NCBI GenBank assembly: GCA_949358305.1
Contig: OX442314.1
Span: forward strand, 21,514,001 to 21,578,000
Source of the DNA: Strigamia acuminata
Taxonomy: Eukaryota
DNA: 64,000 bases
Direction: 5' to 3'
Part shown: piece by piece, positions 10,765-23,312 of the stretch
How the letters are laid out: each line of letters opens with the position of its first letter
Numbering within the stretch: the first letter of the stretch is position 1
Notes under the pieces: generated by a model
What the model was told of the DNA's origin: nothing
The model's input: the letters and a program-made list of their open reading frames with translations, nothing else
Database searches by the model: none
Position numbers and translations under genes: made by a program

Positions 10765-13700
10765 ATAGCAAAGCGAGCCGCGGGAGACATTAATAATAAA
10801 AACATCACATTGTCTGATGTGCTAAAGTTTTTAAGCAATTAAAATTTTGACATTTTGGCCACTTTGGTCCCAAGATAATCTGATCATAATTTAACCTCGA
10901 GCTGTTATTAAAGTTGGAATAACTTTTCCAACGTCATTTCAGTTTTGTTTACTTTTGAATAAATAATTTCAATACTTAATAATCATAGCAAATTTTTATC
11001 ATTATTCTTGGCGCATTGATGCACAAACATGAGGTCATGGACACGTCAAGTTGAAATGTGAATAAAACATGTTCTAATCCCATTCTAGCCCATTCATTAT
11101 AATGAATTACAACCAGGTAAGGTTTCTTGCTTCGGGTTTCCTTGCTGGTAATTTATTTTTGTCAAATTCTAGCGCAGTGTACCAATTTGTCTTGGTAGAA
11201 ACCAGAAAACAAACCTAAACAAATTGGTCTGAAGGAATAAATGCACTGAGTTTGATTAAAATTGTTGCAACATTGGCTTTTTTCCACTTTGCTAAGAGCA
11301 GTCGAAAATTTCGTAGACGAATTTTACGTATGCAGAAGCTTATCTTAATGATCCTGCCAGTTCCGAGCATACTTTTATCTGATTTAATTAAGGTTAAAAG
11401 TTGATCAAATATTGTAGGAAATAATTTTAAGGTACCGGTACTCAAAACATTTTGTTTTCAACCACAATGTTTAAAATGATTAATGTGTCCACTTTATTCG
11501 ATCAAATTAGACAGAGAACCCAAAACCAAAGCTCATTTCAACGCATTACCACTGAAGTCGAAGGGGGATAGATCGTAAACAAGCTAATTAATGGAAATTT
11601 ATTTTCCAGACATTTTTTCTGATAAAAGCCAACAAACAAACTAATGCTGAGCTTTAGGAATATTAAATTATTCTGTTTATAATGAAATGCGAAATTGTGT
11701 TATTTAAAAATTAATGTGCTAAAGTAATATCTCTGGTTCCATTTTTTTTTCATTTTTCATAATTTAAACACTAAATCACTTCACCCAAATATCAAATACA
11801 TGGAAATTTAGTAACATCTAACCTTCCTCCAGCTCAGATTACAAGGATTTTTTAATTGAAAATTTTCTTATCCGTTGGTAGACCCCCTTAAATACGCATT
11901 GGACAAAAAGCAATGCAACTCTAACATAAATGTTTTATTCTTGTGAAAATTTACTGTCAATATATGTTTTAAGATAGAATTTGCATCATTGCAGTCATCT
12001 AAATCAGAATTGCTCCAAAAACTAGCAAAAAAATTTGATGGCCGCTGCTGATTGTACAAAGTCGAAGTCGGCTGCTAAAATTAAAACATCTGGGAGTTGG
12101 TCGCCATATTATACAACTTTGTCTGTCTGAAGCAAAATTGTTAACTTTCATTTGATGGTATCTGATTTGATCAACATTAGTGTAGCAACTGGAAAATATG
12201 TTATCTGTTAAGACCTACAGGTGTTTGTCTGACAGAAGTGCAGGTCATGTTCATCGAATACAGCAAAAAGCAATCTGTTAGATGTTGTTTGGACAAGTCA
12301 GAAGCTCTACGTAACTGTGGTTTCTCGGTGAAAACAATCCAAAACGTACATTTAAAGTCATGAGTGACATTTTTCTAGAACACAAAATTCATGCAATTTG
12401 ACCAATTATTAAAGTTCATATCAAGCAGATGGCCAAAACGGTTTGTCACAAAATACTATTGTTACGAATAAATTTTATTTTATTTGCTTTTCTTTACTCT
12501 TTCTGGTTTTGTTTATGTTTGACTGATTTGGTGTTTTCTAGTTAAGGTAAGTAAGCCATCACCAGAGGGATCACAAACAAATTTGAATAGATTTTTGGAA
12601 TATATTATCACACTGAGATTGTTTACTTCAATGTTGTCCCAGCTATCAATGCATTTCCTATCAATCATCCAATCTATCATTTTGTAACCTCCGATTAGCG
12701 GCAACTTTGATCATCATGCATTCATGCTGTTTGGTACGCATTGCTGCATAACTTTACTAAATCAAATGGGAATTCAGCCTGCTGTTTTGATTTTAGAGAA
12801 AATATACTTCAAGATAATCTAATGGGATAAAAAGAATTAAATGAATGCTGATTTTTATTCGAAAAATCAAACCATAGTCTATAAATAGAAACAAAATGTC
12901 TCTTCAATCCACTTTAGTAATTTTTTTTCAAACACAGAGTCGTCTAAATTACACTTTTAGTTGCATTCAGTCTTAATGGGGTTTGAGATCTTGAAAAATA
13001 AGCATTAAGTATGTATATTCGCTTCTCGAAACAACTGTTTTTATGTCACAATGTGAAGGGAAATAAATACAAGCCTAATTGGAATTTTTAAACTCCTTTC
13101 TCAGTATAGTATCGGCTTGCTGTCGAAATTAAAAGTGGGAATTGTGCCTGGATGAAGCTGAGTACTCGATGCTCTAGTTACTACACCGATTATCTTTTAC
13201 ATCGTGGAGGCGGTGGCAATCTGCCGAGCAAGCTTGGCAAGAAGATCACAATCAAATCGAAATAGGCAATCCAACAGCACGTACAAATCCCATAAGAAAC
13301 ACAAAACTAGATAAAAAGAAAATAATAACAAGAATAAAACTGATAATACAGAACAGAAGTTGACGACCACAATCGGGCAATAACAAGAAAGAGCTGATGA
13401 ATATTTTATATCCATTGCGCTATTCAGAGCGACTTGAATTGTTAAAAACCACACAAAACAGCCCTTTAGCAATAGAAATCAGACGCTGTTCGAGACAGCT
13501 TCTGAAACACGTTAAGTTTGCAGTGAAAAAGCAACCGAAAGGTCGAAAACCTGCTTCGAGCTAATTACTTTACTCTCAACCGCAACACAGTCACAAAATT
13601 CAATAAAATTGTATTTACCCAGACTGCATCCACTTTAAAAATTCTGAAAATTCAGAAATTTCTTCTTCACACTTAAAAATCCTTGCCGCAATTACAGTAA

Positions 13701-14163
13701 TCACGCAGCATGCCGAGCATTAAAACAAACAGTTCTTGAAAAAATCTCTCCAAGCCAAGCAAATATCATCAAAATTACAAACAATTAACCTCAAATTGCA
13801 ACTTAATTTGATTCAAACAAATACAAAACATTTCGACGAATTTATCGCAGAGTATCAGTTTCTGCAAGGCAATTCTCCACAACATAAACAGCAATTACAA
13901 GGTAATCTTATTCATTTGCAACGTCCAAATCGAATTTATCCAATAAAATAAACAAAGATAATAAAATATAATATAAACAAAATAAACAAATTCTTTCCTT
14001 TTTTATTTCCGTTATGTTTTCTCTGCTCCCACCGTTAATGTGCTCTATACACTTGTTGCCTAGCGACCAGATGCTGCGTCTCTTTCCGTACCCATGATGC
14101 TCAGTTTGCAACCGTTTCATCATTACTTGAAGCGAGTCTTCTCATTCAACAGGTGTGATTGCA

Positions 14164-17100
14164 ATGGGTGTTTTGCGTGCATCATCGCCTTCCCCCTTTC
14201 CGTCGAGGACGGGGAAACTCACAACCCCCACTACTAGTAAGTTGAGTTTATCTTTGCTATCTTTTTATTGTGCGTTTTAATTTGGATATTTTAATTGAAC
14301 TCCCAAACGTAACCCTGAACTTGACATCATGCCCAGCACGATGACGTCATTCCCAGGTTTTTCGGGGATAATGTTGCATTTGCAAGATACATATTAAGCA
14401 TTTATGCCACAAATATTCATTTTTATGCATAAATTCCAAAAAAATTAAAACATTTTGTTTGATTTGCGCAATTTGCGTAGCTATTTTTTAACATCTTTTT
14501 GTTCTGTGTGGTTAGTGGTTTTAATATGACGTCATTGTGCATTAAATTGCTAAAAATTACATGTTGTAACTTATTCGTTTTTCTTATTTGTGATTAATTT
14601 CACATTTCTTTCAATTCTGCAAGTTTAAGCGAATGTAAAACAGAAAAAAAAATTTTATTCCTCCTCCACGTTCAGTTCTGAATAAAATTCACACGAGGAA
14701 CAAGATTAATTGAATAATAGTTAATTGAATAATAGTTACCGGTAATTGAATAACTACAAGTTTTTTGCTATACCGAAAAGAGTCCTTTTGTTCGTTAACC
14801 CTTTGATCATATTCCCCATTGCATCTTTGCTTTTTTTTTCCTTTGTTTTCTCAACCCCGAATTTTCTTGACCTCGAACTTCGCAATGACAAAACGAAACA
14901 TTAGACAAGGTATAGGGAAAGAACCTAAATCGATATTTGCACGCGCAATTGCCAACTCGTTTGACGTCACCAGGTTCACTTCTCACTTCTCAGGTAGCTC
15001 AAGCAACGTCATGTGCAAATAAACAAAACAGTCATTTAAAAATTTGTAATCAAAACAAAACAGAAGAAAACATTTCATTAGTTTTACCATCAACTGGTTC
15101 TTAAATTTGTATTTTGTATTGAATTTCATGTGATTTTGAGGCTTTGCACGGTAGTGAGTATCGTGACCTCTTAAACTTGCCTTACGACTTTAAAATATTT
15201 AAATCAAATACGTATAACAAAGTATATACGGTATATCGATCGTCTCTTGCAAAAATTGTGGTTTAACGAGATTTCTTTTTGTTCTCAATCAATTTCTAGA
15301 TGAAATGGAGTCGTCTTATTTTATGACAACAATAGTCATTGTTACTGCGGTTGTATTCGTCATTATACTCTATCTGAGTTGTAAGTATCTGAAGAAAAAA
15401 AGAGACGACAATCAAGAGAGGACATTTACCCGAAAGAAATTGAAACGAGCGACATCAAGTGATAGTTTTCCTTGCGGCAGCAACTTGAAAATTAGCCACA
15501 GCTTGCCGGATATTCAACACCAAGAACTGAGTGAAAACAGCAACAAAAAGGTATTAAAATAAAGTGTAATAGGATAGAAATAAAAAAAATTGGAATGAAA
15601 ATTTAAGACGTTAATGGACGTTAATTGAGTGCACGCGTTTTTCACCACAAATTTCTAATTTCACTTAATTAATTGAGCAATTTCGCACTCGTGCGAATCA
15701 ATGAAACGTTGAGTGTTTACTATAGAAAACGAAATTTAAATTGAACATTGGCGTAAACGCTGCAATCAATACGCGAACTAAATTGTCTAAATTGTATCAA
15801 GTTTTCCCCCATTAAATGAGAGATAGATTTCAATTTCGTACATCTTTTCAAAAATAATTGGTTTTTCGAAAGTTATTATTATTATTTTTAATATAACCAT
15901 GTTTGATGTTTCTATGACAACTTTCAAGTATTGACTATTTCAAATTTTGAATCTTGCATTTCTTAATTGGAATTCTGTTTGTGTTTGTTATATCAACTCA
16001 AAAAAAAAATTTAAAAAACCAACTTAATGCAAAGTTTACGAGAAGCAACAAATTACATGGACTGCCAACAACCGCCATTACCTAACTTTAGTAATTACTA
16101 AGGTCATGCGCAACTACTCAGTTTAGTCCCATGTGACAATTCCAGATGCGGAACAGCAATTAGGTCTTACCGGTACCTTTTTATCTTACTTTATGGGGCC
16201 CATGAGTCGCACACGAGCTAAATTGTTATTTAAAAATGATAATTTTGAATGAAAATGATAATTTTTAGAATATAATAAGGATTTTATTGAAAAAATTAGT
16301 TTTTTTCTTATTTCACGACATTTCGGATTTCCCGGTTCTTGGAAAAAAATATCCAGTACTCTTAGAAAATTAGTACCCCCGGTTCTAAGATGGCTGCGCG
16401 ATGCAGCCATCTTTAAACTTTTAATACCTTTTGAAGAAATGTGTTTTGTTGGCAGTCCAAATTAGCAATAAATATTACATACCTTTTTTTTAAAATAAGA
16501 TGTTAACACTTTTCTTTATGCTTTGGTCCTCAGAGGAATTCAATCTTGATTAAGTGTAAATTAAATTTGCAGGTTTTGCGGCAAACGACATTGCCAACAG
16601 TGCCAAGTCGACATGAGTCGTTTCAGCGTCAGTTGTCTCATAAATTAGACGCAGTCATTACTCAAATGGATGTTGTCCACAAGGCTCAGCGTATTCGATC
16701 AACGTCTTTAGTGGGAGCTATAATGCCAGAATTATATCGTTATGAGTTAATGCGTCAAGACAGCGACACTTCAACTTCCGACAATGAAACTGAAGCTCAA
16801 GGCAAACTTCACTTTACGTTGCGGTACGATGATGAAATCGATGCTCTTGTCATAAAGGTACGTCAAATCAAATGAATGATGATTTTTAGTTTGAGTTATT
16901 ACGTTTATCCCGCGGTTTCCGGTTAATGGAGACTTAATTAGTGCAGGGCGTCATTCCGGTTGGAGTGGCGGGAACTGAAATTAAATAAAAATTTGCAGCG
17001 GAAAATTGACATTTTTTTTATTTTTTGAAATTAGATTCTACAGGCAAGGGATCTCCCAGCGAAAGATTTTTCTGGAACTTGTGATCCATACGTCAAAATG

Positions 17101-18102
17101 TATTTATTACCTGATCGGAAAAAGAAATTTCAATCAAAAGTAAAAATTAAAATTAAAATTTGTGATTTCATTTATTTAATATCTATTTATTAATTATTTT
17201 AGGTGTTGCGTAAGAATTTAAATCCCATGTGGAATGAAATGTTTATATACAGTGTTGATTACTCGGAATTGCACTCTCGAGTTTTACAATTTTCTGTCTA
17301 CGACTTTGATCGATTCTCCAGACACGATTTGATTGGTCAAGTAGTCCTCAAAGGCTTATTGCATTCATCAGACTTACGACAGGAAATGGAATATCAGATG
17401 GACATTCTTGCAACAAAAAAGGTAAACCAGAATCAATAAAACACAACCAAACATAATCCGCAAAGTAATATTTTAATTTTTTTATAGGATAAACTGATGG
17501 ATATTGGAGAACTAATGATTTCTCTGTGTTATTTACCAACTGCTGGCCGCCTCACAGTGACTATCCTTAAAGCACGAAATCTGAAACCCATGGACTTAAA
17601 CGGAAAATCAGGTATGAAATTTCAAATTGTGGTGTGGGAACGTTTAAATTAACAGTAGCATTTACTTTTAGATCCATATGTGAAAGTATACCTCATGTGC
17701 CAAGGTAAAAGAATCAAAAAGAAGAAAACTTCAGTTTTAAAGGGCACTTTAAATCCAGTGTACAACGAAGCGTTTGTTTTTGATGTTCCATCTCAAAATA
17801 TTGATGATGTCAGTCTTCAAATTAAAGTTATTGATTACGACAGGTTAGTTTTTTTTTTTACATTATTATTATTTCTTTTACATTTGCAACAAATTGAATA
17901 ATTATTTCATGACAGGATTGGATCCAATGAACTGATGGGTTGCTGTAATGTCGGACCACGAGTTATCGGTACAGGTGGCGATCACTGGATTGAAATGCTG
18001 GCAAATTCAAGAAGACCCGTTGCGCAATGGTATCCAATGCACGAAACTCCTGCTGGAACCCATATCGCAACCACATCGAAACCGATGGTTGTTACGAGGT
18101 AA
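14164..18102 (+). CDS. Synaptotagmin (N-terminal TM, tandem C2A/C2B), Ca2+-binding type, Syt-3/5/6/9/10-like
   Basis: Exons 14164-14236 (putative; an in-frame ATG is also at 15305), 15300-15550, 16573-16857, 17035-17139, 17203-17421, 17488-17611, 17672-17843, 17916-18102. TM segment [19 protein letters not shown]2[14 protein letters not shown]...[11 protein letters not shown]2[14 protein letters not shown]...KKKKT...IDYDRIGSNE. Confidence 0.92.
16059..16458. mobile_element. Possible MITE in synaptotagmin intron
   Basis: 12-bp inverted repeat GGACTGCCAACA / TGTTGGCAGTCC; no clear TSD. Confidence 0.35.
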
Positions 18103-19099
18103 AATATGCACCAGGAGGTGTAATTAAGCAAATAGAAGATATTTAGGACATCCAAACTGATTCTGATTGGATGAATGTATCTACAACAAAGATTATCTCG
18201 TGAAAGAGTTTTCTGATTTTGGTTGATGCCACATGAAAGAAGCAGTTAGGAGTGGAATTGTATTGAAATACTACTGTACATTGCAATTGCAAATGGCACG
18301 CTCAAACTGTTAAAAATACTATAAAACTTTTTGCCATTTATAGTATTTTTAGCATAAAATAGTTGATTGTTTCTATATTACGGCATATCTTATATCTAAT
18401 TGCATTTAAAATGGAGATGCATTAAATATTTTACTCTACTGCGCAGGCGCAGAGATAATAGAATTCCATTTAGTTAAGAATTTATGAAATAAATAAATAA
18501 ATAAATAAATAAATAGAAACATAAATAAAATAATCAATAGTTGATTTTAAGTCGTAGCTAATTTGTGTTGTTTTCTGTTAAATATTAAACATATATTACT
18601 GGTAATGTGATGAAATGCATATTTTAAATTTAAATTAATTTCTGGTCCTTCATCTATGAAGACTCTTGATTACCCTCAATGACAATCCCTAATGAGAAAT
18701 GAGATTTGTAACATGTGATCTGTATTCGAATATTCACCGGTATATTATTTTATTATCTACCTACCTTTTGTCGGTATACCGCACGACTCACGAGGTATAC
18801 CTGTGATTTGCATCTCAGTATGAATAAGACTAAAGTGTATCCAATATTTGGCCTTAAAAATTTAAACTTTATTATTTTTATACAAATTTATTTTTATTTT
18901 TATGTTCATTTAATTCGCGTGTTAAATAAATGTGGACCGTAATTTGAGATTAAAATAGAAAGTTCCTAGGTCGTAACGTAAAAATTTCGCAAAATAATGC
19001 AATTATTCAAACCAAGCTGTTTTCCGTATCTGAGATATTAACTGTTATTAATAATAAATCCGTACTAAATAGCTTAAATGTAGTGTCAATACAGATAGT

Positions 19100-19231
19100 A
19101 GGCGCATTCACAAAACCCTGTTTAAATATCGTGCGCATGATCTTTGCGACTACAATCAGCCGCCATTTTTGAAATTTGATCGAGACGAGCAGTTTTTAAA
19201 ATGTAGTCTAAATTACTTTATGAATGCGCCT
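19100..19231. mobile_element. Small MITE, PIF/Harbinger-like
   Basis: TIR AGGCGCATTCA(C/T)AAA / TTTATGAATGCGCCT; 3-bp flanks AGT / AAT. Confidence 0.5.
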
Positions 19232-20716
19232 AATGTATAGCATAGTCGTAGTGTATATCGTCTTCCAAAAATTACTTTACAAACCAAAGTAAATGTTTAT
19301 TAAAGAAATTAAAAATATTTACAAAGAAATTATATAGTAAATCTATTTGTACAAATTATATAACTTACAATAATTGTTCTAATTGTATAAATTTAATATA
19401 AAAAAGATATTATAAAGATTTACAACTGAATTCAATAATATTCATACAAATGTATATCATAATGATATTAAAGTGGTTATAAAAATGAAAGAATGAAACC
19501 CGGATTAAGTTCAAACAAAATCGTCGACTTAGGTTATCAAATCAAAAAATGATCCCCTAACTGACGTTTAAATCATAGGGGTGTCAAGAACCCATTCCAC
19601 AATCAGCATCAATTCAACTGCCGCACAAATAATTCCCACCCAATTCAAACACATTTGGAACGAAAAAATGCATCAACACAATACAACAACCACTTGCATA
19701 ATGTTTACTGCATATTTAAAAACAAAACATTTCATTTCATTACATTAATAGGCTTCTGATATTTAGTAAAATGTAATTTCACGTACAGTCAGCTGTGAAT
19801 CAACCTTTTTATCGAATGTCGTGTTATCAAAATTGAACCCCCACTACAAATATCCGTGCGAATTTTGATTAATTCTATAGATATAGCCTAATCTGCTGAT
19901 AATCGGTCATTCCATTATAATTTAATTTCGCAAGGTCCATTACACTAGAATGAGAAGTTTAACAATTGTCTGAATACTTCCAATAATTAATTTCATCACA
20001 ATGTGTTGTGGTTAAATACCTAGACATTACTGAATATCCCACCATGACGACCCATCATTACATAGACAATAAAAATTCAAAATGTTCAATTAATTCATTA
20101 TACCGTAATTCCCAATGACAAAATTAAGCAATTTACACTCGGCGATTTTTAAATTGAGGCAAAACAAAATGAAAATAAACAAATATCGTAGCAAGTAAAT
20201 GCTTAGACTAGAATGTACATAAGCGTAAACAATTTGTAAACTTGGAAGAGTTCGTTTAATGACTAGAATGATTCTTTGGCACAGTGAAATAAAATTGATA
20301 TAAACGAAACCAAAGATCAAAATCTTAATTTCATTTTGTGCTGCTTCTCAATCTGGAAAACCCCCATTTTTACTTTTAAAACCACAATCTTATATCGTGC
20401 CAATCAAATCCATAGATACTACAAACTATTCACATGATTTTATACCAAGTAAAAATGCAATTACTACATTTGGATTCGATTCACTAATAAATCTGAGCCG
20501 ATTTTCAAGCAAATATCTGCAATTGATCACCGATTAACCATGAAATTCAAATGCTCAGTTTAAATTTAGTGGACCGAACTCGCACATCACTAACAATTAC
20601 CATCGGAGCCGTAAACATTCGTTATAATTGTCGGGAGGTAGAAATTAAACGAGTTAAAATTCATAGAAAAAAATGACAAGAAACAACCAAATAGAAAACG
20701 ATGAAATTTAAAATTA

Positions 20717-22534
20717 TTATTCGCTAACGCTACTTGATTCGGTGGTTCGACTAGAACCCGAATGAAGTAATGGCTGTTCGTCCCGGCCACGCTCTGGCGG
20801 TTTATCTGGGCAAGGTGTCGGCTGAGTTACAACCACAATTGTGGCTTCTCCCTCTTCTCTGATCGGCGCTAGCGAAGTTTGTTGACCACCGCGTTTAAGA
20901 AGCCCCGTAAAAAACGCTGAAATCGAAAAGGTAATTCAATTTATTAACACGTTAACACAATTTTTACAAATATCATTTAATCGATTCGATTTATAAGCTG
21001 TAGATATGTACCCGGTGAGGTCTGCGATCTCGATAGAGGCTGTTCAATGATTATCGTTTGGTCTATCTGGCCTGAATTGGTCCCAGGATGCTCCAATTGT
21101 TTGTAAATACTACGCTCGCGATGTGCAGGGCTGAAAACTGACGTCGGTGCAGTCTAGTGTTTAATCAAACGTATTACAGAATTGTTTACACGCGGTCATT
21201 CAACACGTACCCCTTCAAAAGACCAACCCAGAACCGTTTCTGGGTCGACAATCATCAGTGGAACAGGATGGAACACGCACAACATCACCCAAATCGGTAG
21301 CATAAGTTTCAAAATCTAAAAATAATTAAAATAATAGCATTTTTTTTACAAATGAAAAGCGTTAGTTTCTAAACGTTTACCATAAACAAGGCAAAAATCG
21401 GAGAGTAAACCAGTTGCATGTGGCCCTAAAACGATAATTTTGAAATTTTTTAAAAATTTTTTCTTTTTTTAGGTCAATATTACTTACAAAAATGGCGCTA
21501 CAGCTCATAGCTTCACTTCCCACTGAAAAATCAAAGGAAATATGCATTAAGATTAAATATCTTCATTTTAATGACACAAAAACTCACAGATGAGCATCGT
21601 GATGTCATAAATGACACTAACTAGTGCAGATATTTCAAAAGCAGCTATAACACTGTAATAAACGTCACATTTATTTTTATTTAAACAAAAATAAATAAAG
21701 CCTTTTAACTCACCTCCATAAATCCCTTTTCTGTGCTCTTTTAAACGAATCAACGGTACTAACAGCATTAATTTTTTTAGTGATATAAATACCAGCCAGC
21801 ATAAATAATTGAACCAGGAGAAACTCAACAAACGACAACATTATCCAATCCGGTTCCAGACATTCCACCCAACTCGATTTTACACTCATTATTCCTATTA
21901 CTGTCATCATAGTAAAATAAATAAAATAGAGGACTAGAATTGGAACTATAACTCTAAAAAAAACAAAAAAAAACAAATATTTTAGACATAAATATAAATA
22001 AAAAATCCAATTATCTAAGTGATAAGGTTTTACCTTATCACTAATTTCTCCTTATGAAGAATTCGAGTCGCCACAGTCCAATGTAAATGACATACAACAA
22101 TAAATTGCATTAGTTTTAAATATGATGCAGATAAATCCAACTGCGGAAGATGGTTTCCTATAATCCAATTAATAACACTACAAAATAAATAAAATAAATG
22201 AATTGTAATTAAATCTGAAAAATTGAAAATTAAAACCGTGTTTTATGTTTTACCACAGAATGCATTCAATAGAAGCAAAATAGAAGATAAAAAATTGATG
22301 AATTTGAGGGTGCTTGACTAAATGAAGTTTCACAATTCGACCAAGACATAGTAAAAATGTCACCGTGGTGCACAATGATAGAAGAGCGTTGCGGATGCAT
22401 GCAACAGTGTCAAAAGAACCAAAACAGCTCTTGTTGGCAACATCAATGGTTGCGTTATCCGAAGTTTCATTCGACGTCAGAAAAGGCAGCAACTCAAAAA
22501 ATGACCGCTTGCTACGTTCCATTGATATATCCAT
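20717..22534 (-). CDS. Uncharacterised seven-transmembrane protein with C-terminal endolysosomal sorting motifs
   Basis: Nine exons join in frame by GT-AG, from ATG 22534 to TAA 20717. Seven hydrophobic segments, N-terminal sequons NET/NAT/NKS, and a tail carrying YKQL and DEQPLL. Confidence 0.8.
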
Positions 22535-23312
22535 TAGCCATGGTTAAACTCTTATCTAGAAATAAATGTACGGCAGATTTTAAACTGTATATTTACATTT
22601 GGACAACAACGCACTGATTTTAGACAGATGAGATTGTAAAGTGATACATTCGTGAGAATAGTATACTCAAGGCTCCATTCGAGCTAATACGATCGCGTCT
22701 AAATTCAGTAGCTAATTATAGCAGTTCTTCTCAAAAGATACTTACGCTTGTAGTGAGTGTAAACTGCTCCAATGTTACTAAACCACTTTGTGCCGGCTTA
22801 AATGCCATTAGTAGCCATTTAAACAGTGGTAGATTGTGGCTTCAGATTGGATAGTTGCGGGATGACGTCATACGAGCGCCATCTATTGTCGGAGTATAAA
22901 ACATGGCGACTAAATTTTTAAGATAAAATAGTGACGCAAATAAATTTTAAATTTCAATTTAATCCAAAATATAAACAACTAACACAATTTTATACAAACT
23001 GGAAATAAAATTATAGGCTCTTAATTTAAAACCATACAAAAATCAAAGCGAAATAAGTGTCTGTGTTTTTCACGGCATTAAACTAATTCAGCCTGGGCAT
23101 TTAAACATATTTCAGCCCGCACAGATAATGAAAAGTATACAATAATTTACTTTAAAAAAACAAACAATCTTAGGAAAAAAACGGGTACATTTTTAAATCC
23201 AGCTGTTTTCGTGTTTAAAGATATTTACTAATTAATATGCGTAAACTAAAGTAAAAATTAGTGTTCAGAATTCGAACAAATACAAAAAAATAAATGAATA
23301 TTTCACTACCCT

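Noticed and set aside
11215..14123. Several 60-90 aa ORFs between ODF3 and synaptotagmin
   Set aside because: Low-complexity AT-rich translations with no motifs or consistent splice context. Probably promoter, intron or 5' UTR sequence.
18487..18515. (AAAT)n microsatellite
   Set aside because: Short, ordinary simple repeat with no evident significance.
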